A stretch of DNA of 64,000 bases, taken from assembly GCA_964016885.1 (NCBI GenBank), contig OZ024746.1:40982001-41046000 (forward strand). Direction: 5' to 3'. The position numbers and the translations under genes are program-made. Source of the DNA: Eledone cirrhosa. Taxonomy: Eukaryota. Shown here one piece after another: positions 37,535-50,888 of this stretch. The notes under the pieces were generated by a model. It did not search any database. It saw only the letters and a list, made by a program, of their open reading frames with translations, and was not told the origin of the DNA. Position 1 is the stretch's first letter. Every line of letters starts with the position of its first letter.

Positions 37535-38085
37535 CGTTTCCACTTTTGACACAAGGCCATCAATTCAAGTGGAAGGAAAAAGTTGATTAAATCGACCCCA
37601 GTGCGTTACTGACATTTTATTCAATCGACTCCATGAAGATGAAAGGCAACGCTAACCTCGACAGTATTTGAACTCAAAATATAAAGGGCCGTAACTCTAT
37701 GTCGCAAAATCAACATCACGCTCTAGTCATAATTGTTTCTACTTTTGGCACAAGGCCAGCAATTAACCAGTGTATTACTGATACTTTATTTTATCGACCT
37801 TGTAAGGATGAAAGGCAAAGTTAACCTCGGCGGGATTTGAACTCAGATCGTAAAGGGACGTAACTCTGTGCTGCAAAGCATGGCGTCCGACCCTCTACCG
37901 ATACTGCCAATCCACCGCCTAGTCATAATTGTTTCTACTTTAGGCACAAGGCCAGCAATTACCCAGTTCATTACTGGTACTTTATTTTATCGACCCCGTA
38001 AGGATGAAAGGCAAAGTCAACCTCGGCGGGATTTGAACTCAGATCGTAAAGGGACGTAACTATGCTGGAGAGCATGGCGTCCGAA
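37535..38085 (-). mobile_element. Cluster of three tRNA-derived SINE copies
   Basis: Copies at ~37535-37710, 37730-37920 and 37927-38085; CTAGTCATAATTG repeated at 37722 and 37919. Confidence 0.85.
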
Positions 38086-40859
38086 TAATCATTCATCATG
38101 GTCATGGTTATTATAGTCGTAATAAATTCATTTTCATTTTCCGCGTACCTATAATGAAGAATTACCCTTCATGAAATTTTAGATGTACCGAATTCATCAG
38201 CAAATGACTATTTCCTAGGAATAAAGTGATGAAACAAACCTCATGCATTAAATGAAAGAAGGTAACGCTTGTTTATATCGGCACCAGTGCTTGACTGGTA
38301 CTTTATTTTATTGATCCCCGCAATGAATACACTAAAATCATTTATTAAATAATATTGTTGAATAAAAAGACAACTAAGTTATGTATGAAATGACTTAATA
38401 AATACTAGAACAATTTTAGGCAAGATTGTGAATACAATTCATTGTAAAGAAAAGTCGTAATTTACAAAGCTCTCTCTTGTAAAATTGTAAACCAAGCTTC
38501 TGAATCTATTTTTGGCTGATGCCCGCGATGGTGTATGGTTATTCCAGAGCCTTACCCTCGCAATAACCAGGGTAATGCTGCGAATGTATTGGCTTGCCTA
38601 AAATATTATTCGAAGGCGGCTCCAGCACTCCATGTGGGTATGATTGCGTGTGCGGGTTTTCTCTACCACACTTTTTTATTTGGCAATTGTCGTTTTCTGT
38701 CTTGTTTATATTTCTATGGCAGTTTTTATTATTTGTTGAAAATATTATATTAACCTTCTAGAGACGATAATACTAGTGTCATTTTAAGTAATTTAATTCA
38801 TCGTTACAGTATAGACACGAATGACTCGCTGATATCATATCTAGGCAGAAAAACAAAACAAAACAAAAACGAAGACATATGTATATTTTTGTCGGACAAT
38901 GATACATTGTTTTTAAAGGCCAGAAATAAAATATTAATCCAGTAAGGAAGAAGCAAGATCCATAAAATTTGAGTTGTTTAACCCTAGGTCAAGCTTGGTC
39001 GAGTAGACTTATAATCAAAAGCATTCTGGTTGTGACGATCCGTGTTTTTGTGGACACAGTGAACGTAGGACCACATTACCTAAGGCAGTGGGTGTAATTT
39101 AGAGGGTAATCGACTCCTATTTCTAGCAAGTCATACGTAAGGTTGGCTAGAGGTTCAATTTTATGAGCGAGAACATAATAGCGTAGGTAAACATTACTGA
39201 AATATACGTGTTTTCCAAGTGGTAAGCTGAACAAGAGAAAGAAAAAAGTGAGTGAGTGAGTGGGAGAGAGAGAATGAAGGCACCTTTCTACCGCTGTCGG
39301 GAGGGTGAACAATATTCGGTGACACTTTATAGTACCATTTACCATACTTCCACAGTTATTGATCATGTCTATTTACACTTGAGAAGACATTAGTCTTGTA
39401 TTCTTACTATTAAGTATCTGGTAAGTGTAATTGTTTGTCTTCTTTTCTGTTATTCAATGAACAAGCGTATATGTTTCTTGTTACATATATACAAAACAGA
39501 AGGCACCTTGAGACACCGTTCTGTTTGTTCTTGCAAGTTTATTACGAACTTTTACCTTACAACCTATTCTATTCAACCTACACTAATCTTGTTCCTGACT
39601 GCTATATGGTCGGGCAGTAGAATTAATCACAAATACCATGTTGAGTTAATGTTATCGACCTTCAGAATTTGTTAATTCTTCTCGTTTATCTTAATATTTA
39701 GTTATAATTAAAACTGTTTATTATTTCGAAGAGTTTGTAAATATGAAATAACAAACCAATACTGAAGCCGTTGTTACTAAAGTGTGTAGTCGCTGAATAT
39801 TAAAGTTATAGAAATACTATTAATTTAAAGATGATAAATTGTTGTTTCGTATCTAGTGTATGTTTTAAATAAACACTTGTTACTTTTACACCGATGTAAT
39901 AGTCATTTCTCATAAATAGAAGACTACATATTTTATGGAAGGGTACATTATTTTATTGACTCCGGAAGAATGAAAGACAAAGTTGATCTCGTCGAGATTT
40001 GAACATAACAAACACTCCTAACTAAATACAACAGGGTATTTTGTTCGATGTTCTAAAAATTTTGCCAATCCATCACTCTCCCATATAATATTGATTTTAA
40101 ATTTTTTTATTACATGAGCATAATGCCTCAAATTCAGAGGAAAGGAACTGTCGATTATATTGATCACAGTATGCGACTGGTACTTTATTTTATCGACTCC
40201 CGAAGGATAAAAGGCAAAATTGATCTTGTTGAATGATTCTTTCTAGAGTATGTTATGTCTATTTTTTTCTTCTTTTAATTTCTACTCGTGTTAGAACACC
40301 GCCGAGATCACCCTGATCTTCCATCCTTCTGGAATAACCTGATCTTTGTATCAATCACTTTCATCCCTCCCAAATTATAGTCTTGTGTTAATGTTAAAAA
40401 TCATTATTATTGTTGGTGGCATTGTTGCAGTGGATAAATTGCTTTGCAGTATTAAGATATGATCCGAGTTGAAAATATACATTGATAAAACACTACTACT
40501 ACTAATAATGTATTTATATGGTGCCATAAATCGACCAAATCGTAAAAAATGTTGATTGTTCGTTCATATAAACATATGAACATTTGAAAGGTAAGTTCAC
40601 TGATGGCATTTTCTGAAAAGATACGTCTTCATATTTATCTGAAAGATGGTACAATTCATGAAGACAAAGGAAGCTCATTCCAGAGCTGACGCTGGCTTAC
40701 AAAAACACTCCGATCACAACAGTTCTTCAGTCTAGTGCTAGATATCATGACGTATTTTGGAAGGATCAGAAGTGGGACCAGAAACATAAAAGGTATTAAG
40801 TATCACTGTAACAAGTCCTTTTTGTGAAAACCACAAAAGACCATGGATAGATTTGAAAT

Positions 40860-40992
40860 AGCATAACAACATTGTTTACATGTTTTAAATAGCACCTTGT
40901 TTACATATTGTAAATAACATCTTGTTTACATATTGTAGATAGCCTCACATCTTGTTTACATATTATAGGTAGCATCATAACATCTTGTTTAG
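40860..40992. repeat. Short degenerate minisatellite (CATCTTGTTTACATATT..)
   Basis: About five copies of TTGTTTA(C). Confidence 0.7.
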
Positions 40993-40999
40993 GGAGCTA

Positions 41000-41822
41000 G
41001 TATCTCTGTTGACAGCAAAGGCTTCTCTCTCAGAGTGAAGGTAGACTGTATGATGCCTGTATATATACTGCAATGTTACATGGCAGTGAGACATGGGCAT
41101 TGTCAGCAGAAGGCCTGCAATGGCTTGAAAGAAAGGTAACAGGCATGCTACGAAAGATGTGTAACATAAGTGTGCATAAATGACGTAGTATAAGTGAACT
41201 GAGAAAAACTTGGTACATTAGAAAATGGATGTAGTGTGCAAGAGAGAAGACTGCATTTAATGGTTATATGTTGTATGTGGAAGATGTCAGTTGCTTAAAG
41301 TTATGCAGAGAAATCTCAGTGGCTTTGACCCATGGAAGAGGCAGACCCAGTAAGATTTGGGATGAGGTAGTGAAGATCGATCTTAAAAAGTTGAACCTCA
41401 CAACATCCATACAGAGCAGGCTCTGACAATCTGAGAATAACTGATAACCTCTCTAGTGCCACAAAAATGCACCTGATACTCTCTGTAAGGTGATAGGATG
41501 TGTCAGTGACACAACAATTTCTCTAGTGTTGGTGATCTACTCGATAAATGCACCCAGCACATTATGTAAAGTGGCTGGTGATAGGAAGGGCATCTAGCCA
41601 TAGAAAACTTCCAAACTAAGTGTTGGGAGGCCCCTTCAGTTGTGTCAAAGACATGACAAGTTGAGTGCGGGATCATATCTAAGCAAGATGCAGCCCCCCC
41701 CCCCCCCAGCCTATCTGAGAGACCAGTAAACTCCCTTGAGTACTGACACAATCTGTAAAGGCCCCGCCAACCCACTCTAGCAGGGAAAATGGATGTTAAA
41801 TGATGATAATGATGATGATGAT
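41000..41822 (+). mobile_element. Old RTE 3' fragment with 3' UTR derivatives and (GAT)n tail
   Basis: KGFSLRVKGRLYDACIYTAMLHGSETWAL on the plus strand near 41017-41100; GGAAGGGCATC motif; tail at ~41800-41822. Confidence 0.8.
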
Positions 41823-42095
41823 AAATATACATATATCGTTTTTATGTGAGCTTTTCCATGTAGCCATGTGTTGGACTGAACTTTTTGAGGCTGAAGTTTT
41901 ATGGCTTAATGACCTTGCTGATGCCAACTGTTTCAGTTGCCTCTTATGACACACACACATCTACAAATTGTTTTTGTATTTACAGATCTGAAGTAAAAGC
42001 CCTAGTTTCAAATGTATGTTAACCAATTTCCAATGAACTGATGGCTCATTTCCAATGAATTGGCAATTTGAAGTTTCCCAACCAACTCCATAACA

Positions 42096-42302
42096 ATGCA
42101 TCTTAAGTTTTCCATGCTGCAGTGCATCAGAAGTGCACTTAAAACAAAAAGATTGGGTCCAGCATCTAAATCTTTCTGGGATCAAATTCAAGAATATTCA
42201 TCAAATAGATTGGTGCATACAACTCCACAGACCTCGTTGACTGCTGCCTTCAACACTAAACCTCGTCAAAAACTTTCCTTTAATTTGAGAAAGGAGGATT
42301 TT
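42096..42302 (+). CDS. MIPEP: Mitochondrial intermediate peptidase, coding exon 1 (targeting-peptide-like)
   Basis: MHLKFSMLQCIRSALKTKRLG..SLTAAFNTKP..; GTAAGT donor at 42303; upstream acceptor TTACAG at 41985 suggests the exon starts in the 5' UTR. Confidence 0.8.
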
Positions 42303-42555
42303 GTAAGTTGTTTTATCTTTTATCTTTTACCTGTTCCATAGTCATCCTTCCTTTTTTTTTAATTAACTGAAATACAGTGTATTTTATAAAAAATACATCC
42401 ATGAGAGGGTTTAAACTATTTAAAATAATCAGTAACATGCATTGGAATTTTGCTTACTTAGGCATTTGCAGAAGACACCTGTATTTACATTATATCAAAT
42501 TATTTTATTCAAAGCAATGAAAGTGAAAATAAAAATGCATTTATATTTTTTGTAG

Positions 42556-42729
42556 GGTCTTTTTTGTATTCCTGAGTTAAAAAATCAAAATGGGTTTTAT
42601 CTTCTGAAAGAAAATGTGGAAAATTCTATCAATGATTTGGTAAATGAGGCACTCAGCCCAAATCGGAAACGGAAAATGGTTGAAATTTTTGACAGTCTTT
42701 CAGATTCTCTGTGTCGTGTTGCTGATATG
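42556..42729 (+). CDS. MIPEP: MIPEP coding exon 2
   Basis: AG/GT bounded, phase 0-0; GLFCIPEL..IFDSLSDSLCRVADM, a conserved MIP motif. Confidence 0.93.
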
Positions 42730-43727
42730 GTAAGTTTTTACTGTGTATTTTGGAAACCATTTGACTAAAGAAACAACGGTGGATTGGCAGCATTGGTGGA
42801 GCATCAGAGAAAATGCGTTGCATCATTTAGTAAGGACATTTTATGTTCTGAGTTCAAATCCAGCAGGGATTAATTTCACCTTTCATCCTTCTGGGGTTGA
42901 TAAAATAAAGTACCAGTAATGCACTGTAGTTGCTTGAATCTAATGCATAATTTTGCCTTTGTAGTAGTTCATGATGATTAGGTCTGACACCTTTCCTGTA
43001 TTACCTGGTTAAGAATGTAGTGACTAGCCTGTACCCTACTCCACCAGATGTTTCAAATATCCCACCTTATATTCCTTGTGGGCCAGTTGCCTTTGTTGTC
43101 TTCATATCCTTAATTTTTTGAAAGATCATATTGCTGTTGATTTTAATGGTAGGTCACTCTGGTGGGCTTACCTGGGGTAGACTCTCTCTCATGCATTCTC
43201 CAGATTTAACAATCTCTCAGAATAGCACATCCATGCCTCTTTCTTTTAAGTTTCAGTAAGAGCAAGTGTACCATTATCACTCTCTATATACTTCTCCCCA
43301 ATGACATCTTGATTTTCTGAGTAGCAAAATTTGATTACATGACATATATATGTCCTATATCACAATTACTATTTGTATTAGTGAAGGCATGAGGCTTAAT
43401 ATTTAGAGAATTGGATTCGCAATCGTGATGTTGCGAGTTTGATTCCTGGAATGAGCAATGCGTTATGTTCTTGAGCAAGACACATTTCATGCTGCTCTTT
43501 CTGCCAGGAGTTGTGACTGGTAGATAGTATCAGCAATGGAAAGACCAATGGAAACATTGTTTCCTTGGTCTGATTTGATGAGTTCCAACCAACTCAGTAA
43601 GCAAGGGAGGTCTGGGATCTTGTTGATCGATTTGATCAATCTTAGTATAATGTGGGTTATGTGAACTATAAGTATGGATTAAAATTACCAATTATTAGTC
43701 AAGCATACATACATACATATATGTTCA

Positions 43728-46700
43728 GACTCAGACTCAGAAGCTCCCGCATCTTGCGACGCATGAGGCAATCATAGTGTTCCATTGCGTTCGGTCAGCA
43801 GCCAGTTGCACAGCGTCCCGCCATTGTCTGTTTGTCGCTCGAAGGTCCCTCTCAACTGTCTGGCACCAGTTCATTTTGGGTCGCCCTCTCCGTCTGCTTC
43901 CCTGCGGGCTCCATTTAAGTACTTGGTTCGCCAGTCTCTCCGGGGGAAGTCTCAAAGCGTGTCCAAACCAGCCCAGGCGTCGCTTGCAGATGGTAGAAGA
44001 GACTAGCTGCTGGTTGGTGTGGTTCCTGACTTCCTGGTTTGTTACATGGTCACTCCATTTAATCCCCAGGATCTTTCGCAGACATCTGGAATCGAATGCG
44101 TCCAACTTCTTCTCTTGGCTGGTCTTAAGGTGCCATGTTTCACTTCCGTACAAGAGTGTGGACAGCACGTTACTGTTGTAGAATCTCATCTTTGTTTTGA
44201 GGGTGAACTTCCTGCTCTTCCAGATCTTGTCAAGCTGGTTAAATGCTGCTGAAGCCTTTCCCATTCTACATTGCAGTTCACTGTCCAAGGTGCCCTCATT
44301 GTTAATGGAGCTTCCTAGGTAGGTGAAGTTGTCCACTATCTCCACCTCCCCCCCGTTCAATGAAGACACTGGTTGGTGGTGGGCGTGTCCCAGATAACAT
44401 GCTTTTGGTCTTCTTGGCACTGATATTGAGACCTAAGCTTCCTGCTTCGACATTGATATTGTTCACAAGGATTTGCAGGTCAGCTGTGCTCTCTGAAAGT
44501 GCAGCAATATCGTCCGCAAAGTCCAGGTCAGACAACTTTTGCTCTCCCACCCAAGATATACCCTGGTCTTTAGATGCTCTTCTTAGTACGCAGTCAATGG
44601 CTATGGCAAAGATAATTGGAGAGAGCGAGCAACCTTGACGCACGCCAGTAACCACCTCAAACCAGTTACTGTAACCATCCTCTGTCCGTATGCAGCACTT
44701 GGAGTTTGCGTAAATCTGTTTGATTGCTGAAATGACTTTCTGGGGCAGACCATACTCATGCATGATGCTCCAGAGCGACGGTCGATGAATGCTATTGAAT
44801 GCTTTGGAGAAATCGATGAAGCTGATGGTGAGGGGTCTCTGGAATTCGTTGTACCTCTCAATGATGCGGCGTAGCGTAAAGATCTGCTCTGCACAGGAAC
44901 GTTTTGGTTGGAACCCTGCCTGTTGTTCTCGCAGTTCCCGGTCTACCATGCCACGCATACGGTTCAGGATCACCAGACAATAGACATTCCCTGGTATGGA
45001 GAGAAGTGTCACTCCCCTCCAGTTGTCACAATCGGCAAGGTTGCTCTTCTTGGGGATACAGACAACTGCTCCGTTCCGCCAGTCTTCTGGGACTTCACCG
45101 ATGTTCCACACAAGATTACATAAGTGGCCCATCCACTTGACCATGCTTTCGCCTCCTGACTTCAGCATTTCAGCAGAAATGCCATCTATACCTGGTGACT
45201 TGTTATTCTTAAGGGTTTTGATGGCCATGCGGACTTCCTTCTCGGTGAAGTCATCAGTATTGATAGGTAACAAACTAGTAGGTTCCTTAGTGTCTGCTGG
45301 CATACGTGGCTCCGGTCGGTTGAGGACTTCCTTGAAATGTTCAGCCCATCTGACTAACTTTTCTTCACCCTTGGAAAGCAGCGTACCATCTTTCGCTTTC
45401 ACCGGGCCTGAGTTTGCTCTAGAGCTGCTGGTGATTTTCTTGGCAATTTGGTACACAGAGCGCATGTCATTGCGTGTCGCAGCTGCTTCTGCCTTACTCT
45501 CAAGCCACATTCGTTTGTCCTTTTGGGCGCTGCGTTTCACCTCCTTGTCCTTCTCAACACACTGCTGATATACATTGATGGCCTCTGGGGTAGTGGCATG
45601 CCTCTGCTGGTGTAGGGCTTTCCTTTCATTAATCAGCTGCCAGGTGTTGTCGCTGACCCAAGCTTCTCTGAGGGACTTCCTGTAGCCCAGGTTTTCTTCC
45701 CCTGCAGCTTCCATGGTCTTCTTCATTTCCTCCCACCAATTGACCGAGCCTGGTGCTGACTCCTTAAGGACAGCAAATCTGTTCCTCAAAGCAGCCTCGA
45801 ACTGTGCTTCTGTGTTACCGTTCTTCAGCTTGGTAATGTCAAAACGCCTTGTAGTGGGTGCTTTCTTCTTCTGCTTCTTCAGTCTGATTTTAAGTTTGGT
45901 AACAGACAAATAGTGGTCACTGCAGACATCTGCACCTCGGTAGACTCGGACGTCCTGCAGGCAAGGAGTTCTCCATCTTGGGCCAATTGCAATGTGGTCT
46001 ATTTGCGTCTTGGTCCTGTGGTCGTTCGAAGCCCATGTGACCTTTTGGATGTTCTTGTGGTCAAATAGTGACGAGCCGATTTTCATATTGTTCATGGTAC
46101 AGAAATGGACAAACCTGTTGTCCGTGCGGTTTCCATAAGCATGGGGGCCAAGGACATGTTCAAAGCCAACCCTGCTTCCCCCGATCTGTGCGTTCATGTC
46201 TCCCATGATGATCAGGATGTCATGACGTGGGGTTTTGTTGACAACATCTTGTAGTTGCTGGTAGAAAGCGTTCTTGTCATTGTCGTTATGTTCGTTGGTT
46301 GGAGCATAGCACTGAGCTATGGTGACCTTTGCATGTGATGTGGTGAATCTTGTTGTCATTAGGCGTTCGTTGATAGGAGTCCACTCCTCAAGGGCACCAC
46401 TGGCAGCCCTGTCCATGATGATTGCAACTCCATCTCGGTGGGTCCCGTTCGACGGCCTGAGAACAGGATGGTCTTGTTTTCATGGACAAACTTCCCAGAG
46501 TCAGTCCAGTGGACCTCGCTGAGGCCCAGGATGTTAATTTTGTAGGCCTCCATTTCTCCGACAACTTGCGCAAGTTTGGATGGTTGGTACAGAGTTCTTA
46601 TGTTCCAATATCCAATACGTGTGGTTGTTTTTGCAGACAGAATTCTGGTCCTCAGGATGTCGGCTTCCTCATCGAGACTTTCGCCGACACCCGTCACACA

Positions 46701-47170
46701 ATCTCCGGTTAGAGATAAGCGTTCTCCTGACTGCTTGGAATTTGAATCTGATGCAGTATGAATTGTTTTCGTAGCAGGAGAGTTTTTCCGGGAACAGGTC
46801 GCTGACCTGAAGCCCAACCACTGACATTTAGTAAAGAGACAGTAAGTGGAGTAGTCTCTGGTAGAACTGCAAACCGATGGCCACGGAATATGGTGTGGGT
46901 CGCCTTCAGTCCTGGACCGGTGCCGAGGGAGGATTTCTTTCTGCTTTAACCAGTGGCTTCCTTGTTGAAGCTCATACGCCTAGTGGTGCCGTGTCAACAC
47001 CACCCCCTCGCGTGGTTCAGTCCACCAGCTGAAGCGGTGTGCCGGGGCATGGCGCTTGCAGCCACACGTGACAGATTTAGGGGATGGTTGGGGGCCGGTG
47101 ATGACTGACCACCCTACCAGTTAGGGTGCAGCTGTCAACCATCAAGGGTACTACCTCTGCCCAAGCCCCC
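43728..47170 (-). mobile_element. Full-length but frameshifted RTE LINE (third family) in a MIPEP intron
   Basis: APE (YWNIRTL, LSEVHW, CYAPT, GDMNAQ, SDHYL) and RT (DFSKAFN, RQGCSLSP, FADD) over ORFs 46359-46817, 44302-46416 and 43737-44420; (CTGAGT)n tail; 8-bp TSD TATGTTCA at 43720-43727 and 47171-47178. Confidence 0.92.
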
Positions 47171-47227
47171 TATGTTCACCCATATATTTATTTGATAAGT
47201 TAATTGTAAATTTTATATTCTTTTCAG

Positions 47228-47316
47228 TCTGAATTTATTCGGCTTGCACACCCTCTTGAAGCCTATACAAAATGTGCTGAAGACTGCTGCATAGCTCTGT
47301 CTGGACTTGTTGAATG
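47228..47316 (+). CDS. MIPEP: MIPEP coding exon 3
   Basis: TTTCAG/GTAAGA; SEFIRLAHPLEAYTKCAEDCCIALSGLVE; phase 0-2. Confidence 0.9.
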
Positions 47317-49160
47317 GTAAGATGGTGGCTAGTTACTTTTATTTATGTCGCATTGAACTGTTTCCTTAAATTAAATACAGTGTTAGTAAACTATAATGAT
47401 AATAGTTTCTCATTTAGGCACAAGGCCAACAATTTTTGGGGGAGGGAAAAGTTGATTAAATCAACTCAAGTGCATTACTGGTATTTTATTGACCCTGTAA
47501 AGATGAAAGGCAAAGCTAATCTCGGGAGGATTTGAACTTAGAACATAAAGGGACGTAACTATATGCCACAGAGCATGTTGTCCGATGCTCTACCAATACT
47601 GCCATTCTATTACTCGCAAATAATAATAATAATAATTTGTCTGTGTGTATTCGCATATCCCAGAGCATGGTTGCTTTGTCATTCATGCTCTGATACCATT
47701 TCCGATATGTGTCTATACCATCTTTTTTCTGTTGGTATTAGTGTTGGCATATCTTGCTGTGTAATGATAATAATAGTAATATCATCACCACCATTTAACG
47801 TCCATTTTTCCAGCTAGCAAGGTTTAGAAGGGTTGTCACAGCACAAGTCAGGACACAAGTGAAGCTACTGACCTCTCAGATGAGCCAGGAGACTGCATCC
47901 CATTTACATCCATGCCTATACTCTACTGAGTGCATTTTATCATGGTATCAGCACTAGAGTGGTTGTCAGGTCTTTGACACAGCTAAAGAGTTCTCAACCC
48001 TTTATTTGGTAGATTTTCTATGGTTGGATTCCCTTTCTATTATCAACTACTTACCTAACATACACCTTGGTTGGAGTAAAATAAGAAGTTTATAACTTGT
48101 TACTGTTTCATACATTTTTAGTATTACTGATATACATGATAAATGCATCAGGTGCACACAGTAAAGTGTTTGGTGACAGAAAGGGCACCCAACTGTAGAA
48201 AGCTTGTCAATCAGGATGACCCTTCGGTTGTGTCAAAGACATGACAATCTCTAAAGTGTTGGTAATCTAATGATAAACACCCAGTATCTGCTGTAAAGTG
48301 GTTGATGATAAGAAGGGCATCCAACTATAGAAAGCTTGTTAAACAACTGGTTGGAGAACTCTTCAGTTGTGATAAAGATATAACAATGTACCTAGTGCTG
48401 GTGTCATGATAAAATGAACTTGTAGAGTTTGGGACCATATGTAAGAACGATGCAGGTTCCCAGCCCATCTGAATGGTCAGTAGCCCAGTACCAGTACTGA
48501 CTCGATCTGTGAAGACCTGTCCAACCCTTGCCAGCAAGGAAAATGAATGTTAAATGATGATGAGAGGCAGCCGTTCATGACTTTTTGTAGGCTTCTGAGA
48601 CTAATGAAGATCAATGTAATTAGTGCTCAGCATGAACTTCTATAGGTCGATGATTGTAGGAAATTTATGTTGGGTTTGCTTGTATGATGGCTAAAAGGAG
48701 GCAAAGTGGGAACATCAGGTGCGTTTTTATACACATCTCCTTTCTGAAGAAAAATATATTAAAATGTTTACTGAAACTGATTTTGTAAGATTTGTTTCAG
48801 AAAATTAATCCTTTCATATTTGTTAAAAAAAAAAAGAATATTCTTCTGTGCGCCAGTGCACTTCTTGTCAATCTTTTCTTTCAATCTTTTCTATATTTCA
48901 TCTGCCTGTCACCTACCTTGTGGATTGTCTCTCTGTTGACCACTAGCTGCTGGTCTTTGTCCTCTGAGGCATTTTTGCCCATTGCTGTCTTTGACAGCAT
49001 ATAGTTGTTTTAATGGCTGTTCTAGTGATGAGTTTTCTCATTTTTATATGTATTCAATCAGATTTCAAAATGTTTTATTTTGTTTCTTAGTATATCTGAA
49101 TATCCAGTGTTTCTAATAACAAATCTCTTAATTTCCCAACAATGTTCTTCTATTCAACAG

Positions 49161-49308
49161 TTTGAATACAAATGTGGAGCTTTACCAGGCACTGAAGAAT
49201 GTTTTGGAAAATGGTGATATTGTTCCAATGGATAGTGTTGATGAGAGAGTTGGGAAACTTTTCTTGTTTGACTTTGAACAAAGTGGAATTCATTTAGATG
49301 ATGGGAAA
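49161..49308 (+). CDS. MIPEP: MIPEP coding exon 4
   Basis: LNTNVELYQAL..LFLFDFEQSGIHLD; phase 2-0; GTAAGT donor. Confidence 0.93.
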
Positions 49309-49459
49309 GTAAGTTGACTTTTTTTAAGGATGAAAGAAATATTTATATTATGATATTATATAAATTTTGGTGTTTTATAACTATTCTCTTTTATTTTCTT
49401 TGGAATATTACTTTCAAATAATTCTTTTACAGTGAATTGATTAAGTTTTTGCTTTTCAG

Positions 49460-49578
49460 AGAAAACATTTTGTACAATTGAATGAAAGTATTTTGATGTT
49501 GGGAACATATTTCTCCCAAGGTTGTCAGAAACCTTCCTCCATTTTGAAGAATCAGTTGCCAGACAAACTACAACATTG
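49460..49578 (+). CDS. MIPEP: MIPEP coding exon 5
   Basis: RKHFVQLNESILMLG..QLPDKLQH; phase 0-2; canonical splice sites. Confidence 0.88.
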
Positions 49579-50824
49579 GTAAGTGGAATCAGATTTTATT
49601 GATTTTTTAAAGTTAATTATTGCTGTGGTTTTTCTCAAGTCTGTACACTTATGTTTGGGGGGTGGGGGGTTTAATGAATGTCATTTTCTTCAGTGATCCC
49701 ACTTTGTAAAGCGGTAATATTGGGTCAATAATAAAGTACACATAGCTGACTTTGTAAAGTGGTAATGTTGGTGCAATAATAAAATACATCCAGCCCTCTT
49801 TGGTAATTTATATAAAATGGAGGAGTGTGGTTTGAGAGATATTTGGCTGATATTTCTAGCAGGCCTAGTGACTACATAGCTGCTATCTGTTTGCCTTGTG
49901 TTTTGTATGTATTTAACATGGGTGGAGACTATTTCAACTATTGATAGAGACTATAACAAACTATTGATAGAGTTATTTGAAATGTCTTTCATTGTTTCAT
50001 TAAGAAATTATTGTATAGTTGACCTATTTATTATAGGCTCTTTTGTCACTGCAAATAACAAGGCAATGGCATGACTGTGTGATTAAGGCACTATTTTCAT
50101 TGATAAACATATCAGTTACGAATATGAAATTTTGCCACATTCCATCTAACTTGATGTTAAATATCTTTGTGATTACTGGCTTAATTCCACCAAATGTCAC
50201 AATAATATTTTCTATAGGTCATACTTTATAATATTTATCAATATGAACAAATTTACACTTTTGAAATGTGTGAAATTTTACAATTTTTTCTATATGTATG
50301 GGCCTATCAAATTAATAAAATTTTGGGCATTTCCATTCAACTTAAAATATGTTACAAATCTTAAGAATTATTCACTTTTGATTGAGCAGCTATGATCAAA
50401 ACCATTCCCATTTTTTTTTAGTGTTACATAGAATTGTGATATCTAATACCATGTGTATCCTGGTTTTAGAATAAATACATCATATCCTTGCATGTCATAA
50501 GAGGTGACTAAAAGGGTTGGTGTCAAGAAGGGCATCTGGCTGTAAAACATTGCCTGTCTTCATCACGTCCAACCCATGCCAACGTGGAAGAGTGGATGTA
50601 ATAAATGAACTAAAGCAAAACTGAACCAGTTTCCATGCTTGCATGGGTTAAATGGGTTTTCACATTATGAGGCAAGTCGGGTCCAGTGACAACATCTTGC
50701 TCATACGGATCTGTATTATGGCTGGGTTTCTTTGGCTGGATGTCTTTCCTAACACCAACCACATTAATAAATAAATAGATTACATGAATGTTTCAAATGT
50801 TTAATTTTGATTTGTTAATTATAG

Positions 50825-50888
50825 TTTCAGTGTAAGTGGAGACAATGTGACAGTAGGAGGACTTTTCTCTGATCACTATAGTGATGTG
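50825..50888 (+). CDS. MIPEP: MIPEP coding exon 6
   Basis: FSVSGDNVTVGGLFSDHYSDV; phase 2-0; GTAAGT donor; an alternative in-frame acceptor gives start 50831. Confidence 0.8.

Noticed and set aside
43777-46774. Antisense ORFs overlapping LINE coding regions (also within 8388-13956, 33611-34048, 59145-62026)
   Set aside because: Shadow frames of retrotransposon ORFs with no recognisable domains
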